From NCBI RefSeq assembly GCF_036365525.1, contig NC_090376.1, forward strand, positions 92,361,914 to 92,425,913: 64,000 nt of DNA. Reading direction: 5' to 3'. A program made the position numbers and the translations under genes. Positions 49,004-62,900 of the stretch are shown here, one piece after another. The stretch's first letter is position 1. The number at the start of each line of letters is the position of its first letter. The stretch is from Heterodontus francisci. Taxonomy: Eukaryota. The notes beneath the pieces are model-generated. The model was not told where the DNA came from. It saw only the letters and a list, made by a program, of their open reading frames with translations, and made no database searches.

Positions 49004-50941
49004 GTATGTGACTGACTCTTGTTAATACTTGTAAGCAATGACTCCTAAACTGGCAATTATATTCAAATCACAAGTCTATCACCCATAACATTGCACATTA
49101 GGAGTCAAGTCCAAGTGTATTATTCAGGTTGAGCAGTATTGCAGGATGGGGACTTATTGCACCAAGCAGAGTAAGGAGGCAAATGGGAGTGGAGGGGAGA
49201 GAAGGAGCTGCGGATGAAGAGCGGAAAGGGGGAGAGAGACAGCAGGCAGAGAGAGGAATGGTGAGGAGGCTATTGGCAGGATGTGCAACATGGAAAGGGA
49301 AAGTTGATGGTTGAAGACAGATGGAGAGTGGGTTAAGGGGCAAAACCTCTGCACTCAGTGAAGGAGGGGCGTTGTGAGGCCCTCTGGGTTTCTGAACACA
49401 AGATGAATAGGGGCTTCAAAAATATATCAGCGTGGGAGGTGGAGTTTATGAGGTCAGAAAATTGCTCAATGAGTGTGGCTGAGCCCTGACGTTTTTAAAG
49501 GGCAAGGGCACGATTCCAGAGGTATTTATATAGTAAGTGTGGTTGAGGTCTTGAAGATGGTTGTAGCTAGAGTTTATGAGGCAACATTTAACTGCCCAGT
49601 GAAAGTGCAGTGCTCATGCTTGGAGAAATCACTGGCAGCACCTCTGATTTGTGCCTTTACAGGCTATAGCATATTCCATGGCCTGTTGGAATAGGAGAGC
49701 TGCACTGAGTCAGAACACTCCTACCCACCAGCAGAGGGGATGGGGCTAATGGGGATAGTAGAAAGTGTCTTGTGGGTGGGGGGACTATATGATGTACTGC
49801 TGGGGTTGGGGTGGGGTTAACAAGTGAGACAGGAGAGTGATAATATTGCATCTTGGAATATGACAAATATGCTGCATTTGATTAGGTGCTACTGAATTTA
49901 GCCACTTCAACATGCTTGCTATTGCCAGCACGAGGAGGGGGACCTCGAGAATTTCTTTATGGGGTAACTGAAGGAGTCCTTATGTTAAAATACATCGGGG
50001 CTTTGCTAGGCTACATTGAAAGTTTCATGTTGCAGTTTTAATAAAAATTCAAAGTGTTTGTTTTATATTATCAATAATGTTCACAAACAGTTCACAAAAC
50101 ACTTGCCATTAATACTTAGCCTGAGAGTCTGTTCAGTGAGCAAACATATTCTTGCACAGTTCCAGTGCTTGTTTTGGAGCTCACTTTACATGATAGATCT
50201 TTTAAACTTATGAATATCAATGGCAGTATCACCTAAAGACATAACTTTTACTGCAGGTAAATATTGATGATTTTTGAAAGTTTTCAATTGACTGAGCCTG
50301 ATCTAGGAGTTTTCAGTGTAATTTGAAATGGAATGTGTGACCCAACACTGATTAATATGTTAGATGTAATCTCCATATTTTCCACTTTGTTGAATTCTTC
50401 ATCTCTGCCGACTGGTATGTACAATGTTCGACTACCATAAATTAATCATACTTTTAGTTTTTTATTAAAACTGCATAATGAACCTTTCAATGCAGCTTAT
50501 CAAAGCCTTCATGCACAATATTCCACTATGCCAGGTATGTGGTCTCAACTATTTGGCACTTTATATCAGAATGAGTGCCACTCCATGACTGAGCAATAGG
50601 AAGCTTACCTTAGTATTGCAGAAATTCATACTTAATGCTCAATTGTACCTGTTCATTGAGATTCAACACTGCAGCTAGCAGTTTATCAAGAACTGACAAA
50701 ACTTATTTTCTTCCTGCAAGCTGGGATGTGTGAATGTCCAACAAGGCCAGAGATTCCAGTATATTGCCTCTAAAATGACAGCTAAATTAGACTTATTTGT
50801 ATTTGTCCAGCAGCAAACTGTACAGATAAAATATTTACTGTTGCTGGAAAGCAATATCTCTTGAGGGAACATTTTAATTTTCTAATGCAATATTCCATTA
50901 ATGCTATAAACAAAACCAGAAAAACTAAACTGGAGAAATTA

Positions 50942-51178
50942 AAAAGCAAATTCTGCGGATGCTGGAAATCTGAAATTAAAAAAGGCAATGCTGGGAATGC
51001 TGAGCAGGTTTGGCAGCATCAGTGGAGAGAAAAACAAGAGTTAATGTTTCAGGTCAATGATTTTTCATCAGAGCCCTTTCTGATGAAAGGTCTTTGTCCT
51101 GAAATGTTCCCTCTGTTTCTCGCTCCACTGATGCTGCCAGACCTGCTGAGTATTTCCAGCAGTTTCTGTTTTTATATT
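50942..51178. mobile_element. Palindromic Penelope pLTR dimer (head-to-head)
   Basis: Arms are reverse complements about ~51075: TCATCAG at 51065-51071 and CTGATGA at 51080-51086. Confidence 0.8.
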
Positions 51179-51334
51179 AGAAGAAATTAAACGCAAGGAA
51201 TTTTTGATCACGTTCATTGGTTACAAATTGGAATTGAAGATAATGCCATTCAATGTTTCTAATTCACATAAAAGTGCTTGGTTGATTCACATGATTTCTA
51301 CATGTTTGTAACATTGAACAATGTGTACTGTTAG

Positions 51335-51409
51335 GTATTAATGCCATGGGACTGTACAGAATGAGTGGAGTAAATTCCAAAGTGCAGAAGCTAATGAACA
51401 CTGTATTTG
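51335..51409 (+). CDS. ARHGAP42: ARHGAP42 coding exon (RhoGAP arginine finger), 75 bp, phase 1/1
   Basis: ttag|...|gtaag. Encodes (G)INAMGLYRMSGVNSKVQKLMNTVF; the catalytic Arg codon is AGA at 51358-51360. Confidence 0.94.
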
Positions 51410-52195
51410 GTAAGACATATTTTTAATTCTCAAAAGGTTGTTGCATAGAAAATATGCTTACAGCATATTAATCTATATATGCTAGAATTGTATGATTTTT
51501 GATGTCTCTTGCTCTCAAACACAGCTTTAAAATTTTACATAGATTTGTGATCTGTCTCATTTATCCCTCAAATTCCATGATATGTACGTTAGCCATGAGT
51601 AGGTAAAGTTGATTCACTGTAAAACGTTGCCCACAGAAGGAAGTGGATCTGTTTTCCCAAAAAAATAAGCTATAGTACAGAATGCATCTCTTATGTTGAT
51701 TAGTCCACGATATGTGGAATGCTTCAGCTGTTTTGTTTCACATGGCACTATCGCCTTTAAAGCATGAATAGTAGTTGAAGTGCTTTTACAGTCAGGAAAA
51801 TTTCAGCTTCAGCTACTTTTTCTCTTTGAAACATAATAAAAAGTGAAATGAACAGCTGCTTTCTATGTTAATTTTGAATATTTATTCACTCCTTACAATG
51901 GAAGGGTACTCTGACGGAAAGTACAGAGCAATATTTAGTATTGAGCATGGAAATATTTAATTATTATGGCTAAGTATCCAGAAATTTATAACCTGCTGAT
52001 CGTTTTTATCAATATGGGTGTGATCTGAGCCAATGCTGAATAGCCGACATGTTATAGCTCCCAACCAGCCTGAACTATCGGGCATCATTTTGGAGGGGAA
52101 GGGAAGGACGTGAAGTAATTAGCAATGTGGATCATAATTGCTGCTGACAGGATATTTTCCTCAAGATTTACTTGAAAATCATACTGAAAATATTT

Positions 52196-53372
52196 CCATC
52201 TACATGGATTTTAGTAAGGCATTTGACAATGGCAGACTGGTCAGTAAATGAAAGCCCATGGGATACAGGGGAATGTGGCAAGTTGGATCCAGAATTGGCT
52301 CAGGGCCAGAAAACAAAGGGTAGTAGTTGACGGATGTTTTTGTGAATGGAAAGCTATTTCCAGTGGCGTTCTACAGGGCTCGATGTTGGGTCCCTTGCTG
52401 TTTGTGGTATATATTAATGATTTGGACTTAAATGTGGGAGGCATGATTGGGAAATTTGCCGATAACACAAAAATTGACTCTGTAGTTGATAGTGAAGAGG
52501 ATAGCCATAGACTCCAGAAAGATATCAATGGTTTGGTTGAGTGAGCAGAAAAATGGCAGATGGAATTCAATCCAGAAAAGTGTGGGGTAATGCATTTGGG
52601 GAGGGCAAATAAAGCGAGGGAATACACAATGGACGGGAGGCTATTGAGAGAGGTAGAAGAAGTGAGAGATCTTGAAGTGCATGTCCACAGGTCCCTGAAG
52701 GTAGCAGGACAGGTGGATAGAGTGGTGCAGAAGGCATATGGAATGCTTTCCTTTATTGGCCGAGGTATAGAATTCAAAAGCAGGGATGTAATGCTGGAAC
52801 TGTATAAAACGCTGGTTAGGCCACAGTTGGAGTGTTGTGTACAGTTATGGTCACCACAATACAGAAAGGACATAATTGCTCTGAAGAGAGTACAGAGAAG
52901 ATTTACAAGAATGTTGCCAGGGCTCGAAAGTTGCAGCTATGAGGAAAGATTGGACAGGCTAGGGTTGTTTTCCTGAGAACAGAGGAGGCTGAGGGGTGAC
53001 TTAATAGAGGTGTACAAAATTATGAGGGGCCTAGATAGAGTAGACAGGAAGGACCTGTTTCCCCTAGCAGAGAGGTCAATTACCAGGGGGCACAGATTTA
53101 AGGTGATAGAAGAATTAGAGGGGAAATGGGGAAAAACTTTTTCACCCAGAGGGTGGTGGGTGTCTGGAATCCACTGCCAGGAACGGTGGTGGAGGCAGAA
53201 ACGCTCAATTCTTTCAAAAGGTACCTGGACATGCACCTGAAGTACTGTAACCGGCAAGACTATGGACAGGTGCTGGAAGGTGGGATTGGATTGAGCGGCT
53301 AGTTTTCTTTTGACCAGCACAGACATGATGGGCTGAATGGCCTCCTTCTGTGCCGTAATTTTTCTATGGTTC
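52196..53372 (+). mobile_element. CR1 3' fragment
   Basis: GVLQGSMLGPLLF, KFADNTK and LECCVQLWSPQY motifs, plus a 3'UTR ending tttctatggttc. Confidence 0.9.
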
Positions 53373-53822
53373 ATATTCATTATTCACTAAAGAGTGTTGT
53401 TCGGGTTAGCTTTAGCATTTATTCCTATGAATACATGTTTACTGATTTTAGTAAAACTTAAAATGCTTGACACTGCATGCATGTAATTCATGCATGACAT
53501 TGTAAATAATTAATTCCTGTGTTGCATTGTTCTAACTAAATGTAGCAGAAAGGATATGCTATTGTACATGTTAAAATTTTTTTGACTGCTTGGGATAATA
53601 CAGTAATGTAAATTGTACTTGCGTGCAGCACGTAGGTCACGAGGTAAAATTCTGTTGTTATTGGGAATTAACCAGATAAATTGGATAATAGGTAATATTT
53701 TGAAATGTGTGTGTCCAAAATGTATTCTTGGGATGCATATAGTGACACCCTTTATTATTGCTGGCCAGAATGGAAATAATTGGGTAAGCCCCTCTGTCAA
53801 TCATGCCTGAAGACTACCTACT

Positions 53823-54291
53823 AGAACCATAGAAAAGTTACAGCACAGAAAGAGGCCATTCAGTCGATCATGTCTGGGTCAGCTGAAAGAAAAGCCGTCT
53901 ATTCTAATCCCACTTTCCAGCGCCTGGTCCGTAGCCTTGCAGGTTACAGCACTTCAGGTGCAGGTCCAGGTACCTTTTAAATGAGTTGAGGGTTTCTGCC
54001 TCCACCATCGATCCGGGCAGCGGCTTCCAGACAGCCACCACCCTCTGGGTGAAAAACTTTTTTCTCTTGTCCCCTCTGATCCTTCTACCAAGCACCTTAA
54101 ATCTGTGCCCCCGAATAATTGACCTCTGTGCTGGGGAAACAGGTCCTTCCTGTCTACTGTATTTAGGCCTCTCATAGTTCTGTGCACCTCAATTAAGTCA
54201 CCCCTCAGCCTCCTCTGTTCTAGGGAAAACAACTCTAGCCTATCTAATCTTTCCTCATAGCTGCCATTTTCAAGCCCTGGCAACATTCTTG
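53823..54291 (-). mobile_element. CR1 3' fragment, same subfamily as 52196-53372, inverted
   Basis: MLPGLENGSYEERLDRLELFSLEQRRLRGDL; tail agaaccatagaa on the plus strand. Confidence 0.9.
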
Positions 54292-55416
54292 TGTAATTGA
54301 CTGGAATTGATTTTACGCTTGTAATTTGTATTATGTAACTGTGCTCTACTCACTGCGTTTTGCAGGAAAAATACTCAGTTTGTAATGTATAACTATGGTC
54401 CACATTGTATTTTTCTGGAGAAATCACTGTGCTTTTATCGGAAGCAGTTGCTGCGGTTTCAGTCATGAGTACTGTTTACTACAGTTTGTAAAAACATTTT
54501 TGAGAAGTCTTTGTATGTATAGTTTTTTTTTTGTTTTGCTGTGTAAATACATTTTGTTTTCATTGCTGTAAAATACATTGTTTCCAGATATTCCTCGCCT
54601 CCAACTCATTGACTAATACAGTACAACTCATTGGTCCTAGAAAGGAGTGAGCTAAGAATATGTGCAAATGAGTCTTGACTCCAGCATAGAAAGGAGGCAG
54701 TTTGCATATGATATCTTTGGAGTTTCCTTCCCTAAATCCTCTTTCATAATCTATGTTTTTTATGAAAACGTTATGAAAATCACTCTTTTTAATCAAGCTT
54801 ACCCTCTGCCTGCTGGTTTACCATCTGTTTTCCTTAAACTTATCTAAGTGCCTTAGGAAGTTCTTTACATTAAAGGAACTATGTAAATCCAAATGTTTGT
54901 TAGAAATAACAAGAGAGGAGCATTGACCACAGTAGTATTGATGAAAAGGCAAGGTCCTTTGGGAAAAGAGAGATGCTAGTGGTGAACAGAAAAAGAAAGA
55001 CTTGCATTTATATTGCGCCTTTCGCGACCACCGGATGTCTCAAAGCATTTTACTGCTAATGAAGTACTTTTTGAAGTGTATTACTGCTGTAATGGTGGAG
55101 AGAGAGAGAGCTCTGTGAACAACAAATTTTCCTTTTGTGCTGTCTGTGAGCAAGAGAGATGCATCCTCAGATATGCAGTATTCAGGTCTTGGTCAGATTT
55201 TGTGTTAATAGAGAGTTGAGGGTTGTAATGGAAAATGCTGCACATGAAAGAGAAGCCCAGACTACTTCAGGGCAACTTTAGCAAGGGAAGTTAATAAAAA
55301 AAAGTGCCATCAACTACAGCTGCATAATATTCATTGTACTTCAAAAGCAATCATTGTGTGAAGTGCTTTGAGAGGTTTTAATATGAAATGTACTGTGTAA
55401 CTGAAAGTATTTATTA

Positions 55417-56165
55417 CATAGAAACATAGGAGCAGGAGTAGGCCATTCAGCCCATTGAGCCTGCCCTGCCATTCAATATAATCATGGCTGATCATCCACT
55501 TCAGTAACTTTTTCCCACACTATCCTTATATCCCCTTCTGTCATTTGTATTTAGAAGTCTGTCAATCTCTGCTTTAAACATACTCAATGACTGAGCTTCC
55601 ACAGCCCTCTGGGGTAGAGAGTTCCAAAGATTCACAACCCTCTGAGTAAAGAAATTTCTCCTCATCTCGGTCTTAAGTGGCTTCCCCCTTATTTTGAAAT
55701 TGTGTCCCCTGGTTCTAGACTCTCCAACCAGGGGAAACATCTTAGCTACATCTACCCTGTATACCCCTTTAAGTATTTTGTAGGTTTCAATGAGATCACC
55801 TCTCATTCTTTGAAACTCTAGAGAATACAGGCCCAGTTTCCCCAATCTCTCTTCATAGGACAGTCCTACCATTGTGGGAACAAGTCTGGTGAACCTTTGT
55901 TGCACTCCGTCTATGGCAATAATATCCTTCCTAATGTAAGGGGTCCAAAACTGCACACAGTACTCCAAGTGCGATCTAACCAAGGTTCTAAGCAAGACTT
56001 CACTACTCCTGTACTCAAATCCTCTTGCGATAAAGGCTAAAGTACCATTAGCCTTCCTAATTGCTTGCTGCACCTGCATGTTAGCTTTCATTAACTTATT
56101 GACAAGGACACCCAGGTCCCTTTGTACATCTACACTTTCTAATCTCTTACCATTTAAGAAATACA
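55417..56165 (-). mobile_element. CR1 3' fragment
   Basis: 196-aa open frame 55501-56091 (HLEYCVQFWTPY, RRNFFTQRVVNLWNSLP); catagaaacatag tail. Confidence 0.92.
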
Positions 56166-57030
56166 GATCAGACCAAGTGATTTATGTAGAAGCTAAACGG
56201 CTATGAACATAATTTTGGTGGGAGATCATATGATGATAACTTGCTTAGAATTGCGTGTTGCCAGACCCTTTAAAAGCTTTGGAGATGTCTCGGGCAAAGA
56301 TGCATCATTCACCAAAGTAGTCAAGAGCAGAGTCCCATCGGTGCAAACCAACAGCAACAAGATTATCAGTAAAATAGACACTCTGAAAACCATACTGGGG
56401 TGGTGCTCCTGAATTAGGCCTTAGCTTTCAAAGTGATAGATAATTTGAGAGTTAAAAACAGCTTCCATAACTAGAGATAGTATCAAATAACAAGGATGAA
56501 GCTAAATAACTGATTTAATACTTCACACGCAATCTGTTTCTGTTAATCCAAAGATATTCTCTACAGTAAAAAAAAAATCCAATATTTCAAAATAAACAAT
56601 TGAAATAACATAGCACTTTAAGATATTTAGGCACTTAAAAAAAACTGGAGTTATCCAATAATTAAAGTTATGTGACTTTGAATTAATAGGAGTAGTCTTT
56701 ATATCTGTACTTTTATGGGAAAGAAATAAACTAGGATGATGGGAAATATAACAGATAGGAAGAGTGAACTGCAATGATATCCACATTCAGACTTGACCAA
56801 AAGAGGAAGTTAAATCAGGATGACTGGTTGAAGTGAAATTTATTGATCTCTGCATAACCTTTGACCTGCTCTACAATCTTTTGTAGTCCTGCCGCATAGA
56901 AATTTTTGCTTTAGAGATCATTTAGTAAGTTTCATGATTTTTTTGGGATGTGGTAATTGACTCCTTGGGCTTAAATTTCAGTTGCCCATAAAGGCGAGTT
57001 CAGAAGGCGTCACTGGTTCCCGATGCCGCA

Positions 57031-59104
57031 GTGATGGAGTATGTTCCCTCAAAGGGGAAAAGTAGGGCAAATAAATCCAGAGCTGCCTGGATGACAAAAG
57101 AGATAGCGATTAAGGTAAAGAAGAAAAAGTGTGCTTATGACAGATGCCAGGTAGAAAATACTATTGAGAACCAGGCTGAATATAGAAGGTCCAGAGGGGA
57201 AGTGAAAAAGCAAATAAGGGAAGCAAAGGGAGAGCATGAAATGAGGCAGGCAGCAAGTATTAAAGGAAATTAAAGCATTAAAGGAAATCCCAAAGTTTTC
57301 TATAGGCATATAAATAGTAAAAGTGTGGTAAAAGGAGGAGTGGGGCCGATTAGGGACCAGAAAGGGAATTTACACATGGAGGCAGAGGGCATAGCTGAGG
57401 TATTAAATGAATACTTTGCATCTGTCTTTACCAAGGAAGAAGATGCAACCCAGGCAATGATAAAAGAGGAGGTAAGTCAGACACTAGAGGGGTTTCAAGT
57501 TGATAAATAGGAAGTATTAGATAGGCTGTCTGTACTTAAAGTGGATAAAGCACCAGGACCAGATGAGATGCATTCAAGGATACTGAGGGAAGTGAGAGTG
57601 GAAATCCCAGAGACACTGGCCATAATTTTTCAGTCTTGCTTAGTCTCAGGGGTGGTGCCAGAGGACTGGAGAATTGTCAACGTTACACCCTTGGTTAAAA
57701 AAGGGTGTAAAGATAAGCCCAGCAATTACAGGCCATTCAGTTTAACTTCGATATGGGAAAAGTTCTAGAAAAAGTAATTCTGGACAAAATCAATAGTCAC
57801 ATGGACAAATGCGAATTAATTAAGGAAAGCTAGCATGGATTTCTTACGAGAAAATCATGTTTAACTAACTTGCTGGAGTTTTTTGAGGAGATAACAGAGA
57901 GGGTTGATGAGGGCAATGCTGTTGATGTGGTGTACATGGACTTTCAAAAGGTGTTTGATACAGTGCCACACAACAGACTTATGAGCAAACTTGTAGCTCA
58001 TGGAACAAAAATGACGGTAGCAACATGGATACAAAATTGGATGAGTGACAGGAAACAAAGAGTAGTGGTTAATGGGTGTTTTTTGGGCTGGGGGGAGGTT
58101 TGTAGTGGAGTTCTCTAGGGATCAGTGCTGGGACCCTTGCTTTTCCTGATATAGATTAATGACCTAGACTTTGGTGTACAGGGCACAATTTCAAAGTTTA
58201 CAGATAATACGAAACTTGGAAGCATTGTGAACTGTGAGGACGGTAATGTCGAACTTCAAAAGATCATAGACAAGTTGGTGGAATGGGCAGACAGGTGGCA
58301 GATGAAGTTCAATGCAGAGAAATGTGAAATGATTCATTTTGGTAGGAAGAACATGGAGATACAGTACAGAATAAAGGATACATTTCGAAAGGAGGTGCAG
58401 GAGCAGAGGGCCCTGGGTGTATATGTGCATAAGTCATTGAAGGTGGCAGGACAGTTTGAGAAAACAGTCAATAAAACATGCAGTATCCTGGGCTTAATTA
58501 ATAGGGGCATAGAGTACAAGAGCAAGGAAGTTAGGTTGAACTTGTATAAGATGCTCCTTTGGCCTCAGCTGGAGTATTGTGTCCAGTTCTGGGCTCCGCA
58601 CTTTAGGAAAGACGTTGGAGAAAGTACAGAAAAGATTCACGAGAATGGTTCCAGGGATGGGGAATTTCAGTTATGAAGATAGATTTGAGAAGTTAGGACA
58701 GTTTTCCTTGGAGAAGTGAAGACTGAGAGGTGATTTGATAGAGGTATTCAGAAGTATGAGGGGTCTGGACGGAGTAGATGGAGAGAAACTGTTCCCACTC
58801 ATGAAAGGATCAAGAACGAGTGGGCACAGATTGTAGGTATTTGGTAAGAGAAGCAATAGTGACATGAAAAACTTTTTCATGCAGCGAGTGGTTAAGGTCT
58901 GGAATGCGCTGCCTGAGAACGTGGTGGAGGCAGGTGCAGTTGAAGTATTCAAAAGGAAATTGGACAGTTTTATGAAAAGGAAGAATGTGCAGGGTTATGG
59001 GGAGAAGGCAGGGGAATGGAACTGAGGGAATTGCTCTTTTGGAGAGCCAGTGTGGACACAATGGGCCGAATAGCCGCCTTCTGCACTGTAACGATTCTGT
59101 GATT
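57031..59104 (+). mobile_element. CR1 (tether, RT and 3'UTR), decayed
   Basis: DKAPGPDEMH, YMDFQKVFD and LEYCVQFWAPHF motifs; gattctgtgatt tail. Confidence 0.92.
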
Positions 59105-59815
59105 TTCAAAGGGAAGGGGGAGCTGGCAACCTGCACATCTCCAATTAATTGTTTGTTGAACTCATTGTGGAGCTCTTTTGGAGTATGGGGAGCAATGGTT
59201 AGTAATTTTCAAATGGCAAGCACAGGGAAGATGGAATATCTGGGACATGTTTAAGCATAGCTGTTGGGAACACAGCAGGGAGCCATTAGACTGCAGTGTG
59301 AAAAAATTGTACAGAAAGGGACATTTAAGCTCAGTTGCTCATGCAGTGGTACAGAGTTGCCATCGCTAGAGCTGAGAGGCTTGATTTTGTGAGGGCAGTG
59401 TGACTGGGCTCTCGAAAGACACATGAGGCTGCTGGCATGCATGGCCACCTCTAACCATGCCTGCTTAGTTTGGCTCCCTGGAGCTCTTCTTCCAGAAGAA
59501 GGGAAGAGTGCAACTCTTATGTCCGCCACAGCCTCGATCAGGGGCTCAAGGCAGACATCAGAAAAATGTGGGGCTGCCTGGGACAGCAGTCCAAACCACC
59601 GCTTGCCCTCTGCTCTCCTTGCTCATCTATTCCCAAAGGGAACGGAAAGCCCAATTATGGCTGTTGTTTGCTTTTAAATTATCCCTCCGTGCTTAGCTCC
59701 CGCCTCCTGACCTGGCGCCACACCCCTAATTGAACGTTGAGCTTGAATCCGTGCCAATTAGTGGCTGTCACTTTGAAAATTGCATTGCATTACTGACCCT
59801 GATGCGGAGCATACT

Positions 59816-59905
59816 GGCGGTGGCATACAGGTATTGTCACTGGACTAGTAATCCAGAGACCGAGGGTATTGTTCTGGGGACATGGGTTCAAATCCCACCA
59901 CAGCA
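59816..59905 (+). promoter_or_regulatory. tRNA-derived internal Pol III promoter (A and B boxes)
   Basis: A-box-like TGGCATACAGG at 59821-59831, anticodon-like arm CTGGA-CTAGTAA-TCCAG at 59840-59856, B box GGTTCAAATCC at 59885-59895. Confidence 0.7.
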
Positions 59906-62900
59906 GAAGTTGGAATTTGAATTCGATTAATAAATCTGGAATTAAAAAGCTAGTCTAATGATGGCCATGAAACCATTGTCGATTGTTGTAAAAACCCATC
60001 TGGATCACTAATGTCCTTTAGGAGAGGAAATCTGCTGTACTTACCTGTTCTGGCCAACATGTGACTCCAGACCCACAGCAATGTGATTGACTCTTACATG
60101 CCCTCTGAAATGACTCAGCAGGCCACTCAGTTACGAAGTCCATAAAAAGGAATGAAACTGGACGGACCACCCAGCATCGACCTAGGCACCGGAAATGACA
60201 ACGGCAAACCCAGCCCTGCAAAGTCCTCCTTACTAACATCTGGGGGCGTGTGCGAAAGTTGGGAGAGCTCTCCCACAGACGAGTCAAGCAACAGCCTGAC
60301 TTAGTCATTCTCACGGAATCATACCTGACAATGTCCCCAGACACTGCCATCACCATCCCTGAGTATGTCCTGTCCCACCGGCAGGACAAACCCAGCAGAG
60401 ATGGCGGTACACTGGTATACATTCGGGAGAGAGTTGCCCTGGGAGTCCTCAACATCGACTCCGGACCCCATGAAGTCTCATGGCATCAGGTCAAACATGG
60501 ACAAGGAAACCTCCTGCTGATTACCACCTACCGCCCTCCCTCAGCTGATGAGTCAGTACTCCTCCATGTTGAACAGCACTTGGAGGAAGCATTGAGGGTG
60601 GCAAGGGCACAGAATTGTACTCTGGGTGGGGGACTTCAATGTCCATTACCAAGAGTGGCTCGGTAGCACCACTACTGACCAAACTGGCCAAGTCCTAAAG
60701 GACATATCTGCTAGACTGGGTATGTGGCAGGTGGTGAGGGAACCAACAAGAGGGGAAAACATACTTGACCTCGTGCTCACCAATCTGCCTGCCGCAGATG
60801 CATTTGTCCATGACAGTATTGGTAGGAGTGACCACCGCAGAGTCGTTGTGGAGATGAAGTCCCGCCTTCACATTGAGAATACCCTCCTTCGTGTTGTGTG
60901 GCACCACCACCGTGCTAAATGGGATAGATTTTGAATAGATCTAGCAATGCAAAACTGGGCATCCATGAGGCACTGTGGGCCATCAGCAGCAGCAGAATTG
61001 TACTCAACCACAATCTGTAACCTCATGGCCCAGCATATCCCCCACTCTACCATTACCATCAAGCCAAGAGACCAACCCTGGTTCAATGAATAATGCAGGA
61101 GGGCATGCCAGGAGCAACACCAGGCATACCTCAAAATGAGGTGTCAACCTGGTGAAGCTACAATACAAGACTATGTGCGTGCAAAACTGCATAAGCAGCA
61201 TGCGATAGACAGAGCTAAGCAATCCCATACCCAACGGATCAGATCGAAACTCTGCAGTGCTGCCACATCCACTGGTGGACAATTAAACAACCTACTGGAG
61301 GAGGTGGCTCCACAAATATCCCCCTCCTCAATGATGGGGGAGACCAGTACATCAGTGCAAAAGATAAGGCTGAAGCATTTGCGACAATCTTCAGCCAGAA
61401 GTGCCGATTTGATGATCCATCTTGGCCTCCTCCTGAAGTCCCCAGCATCACATGCCAGACTTCAGCCAAGTCGTTTCACTCAGCGTTATATCAAGAAATG
61501 ACTGAAGGCACTGGATACTACAAAGGCTATGGGCCCTGACAATATTCCGGCAATAGTACTGAAAACCTGTGCTCCAGAACTTGCCACGCCCCTAGCCAAG
61601 CTGTTCCAGTACAGCTACAACACTGGCATCTACCCTGCAATGTGGAAAATTGCCCAGGTATGTCCTGAACACAAAAAGCATGCCAAGTCCAACCCAGCCA
61701 ATTACTGCCCCATCAGCCTATTCTCAATCATCAGTAAAGTGATGGAAGGTGTAATCAACAGTGCCATCAATCAGCACTTGCTTAGCAATAACCTGCTCAG
61801 TTTGGGTTCCGCCAGGGCCACTCAGCTCCTGACCTCATTACAGCTTTGGTTCAAACATGGACAAAAGAGATGAACTCAAGAGGTGAGGTGAGAGTGACCT
61901 CCCTTGACATCAAGGCAGCATTTGACCGAGTATGACATCAAGGAGCCATAGCAAAACTGAGGTCAATGGGAATCAAGGGAAAAACCCTCCGCTGGCTGGA
62001 GTCATACCTAGCGCAAAGGAAGATGGTTGTGGTTGTTGGAGGTCAATCATCTGAGCTCCAGGACATCACTGCAGGAGTTCCTCAGGGTAGTGTCCTAGGC
62101 CCAACCATCTTCAGCTGCTTCATCAATGACCTTCCTTCAATCATAAGGTCAGAAGTGCGGATGTTCACTGATGATTGCGCAATGTTCAGCACCATTTGTG
62201 ATTCCTCAGATACTGAAGCAGTCCATGTAGAAATGCAGCAAGACTTCGACAATATCCAGGTTTGGGCTGATAAATGGCAAGTAACATTTGCGCCACACAA
62301 TCTAACCATCTCCCCTTGACATTTAATGGCATTACCATCGCTGAATCCCCCACCATCAACATCCTAGGGGCTACCATTGACCAGAAACTGAACTGAAGTA
62401 GCCATATAAATACCATGGCTACATGAGCAGGACAGAGGCTAGGAACCCTGCAGAGAGTAACTCACCTCCTGACTCCCCAAAGCCTGTCCACCATCTACAA
62501 GGCACAAGTCAGGAGTGTGATGGAATACTCTCCACTTGCCTGGATGGGTGCAGCTCCAACAACACTCATAAGCTCGACACCATCCAGGACAAAGCAGCCA
62601 GCTTGATTGGCACCCCATCTACAAACATCCACTCCCGCCACCACCGACGCCCAGTGGCAGCAGTGTGTACCATCTACAAGATGCACTGCAGCAACGCACC
62701 AAGGCTCCTTGGACAGCACCTTCCAAACCCGACCTCTACCAACTAGAACGACAAGGGCAGCAAATGCATGGGAACACCACCACCTGCAGGTTCCTCTCCA
62801 AGCCACACACCATCCTGACTTGGAACTATATTGCTGTTCCTTCACTGTCACTGGGTCAAAATCCTGGAACTCCCTTCCTAACAGCACTGTGGGTGTACCT

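Noticed and set aside
49100-49980. Purine-rich region resembling an ancient minus-strand LINE endonuclease (similarly 37850-38450)
   Set aside because: Too degraded to assign to a family from sequence alone.
59816-59905. Functional tRNA gene
   Set aside because: Degenerate acceptor and D arms, no downstream T-run terminator, and contiguous with a retroelement. Treated as a tRNA-derived head.
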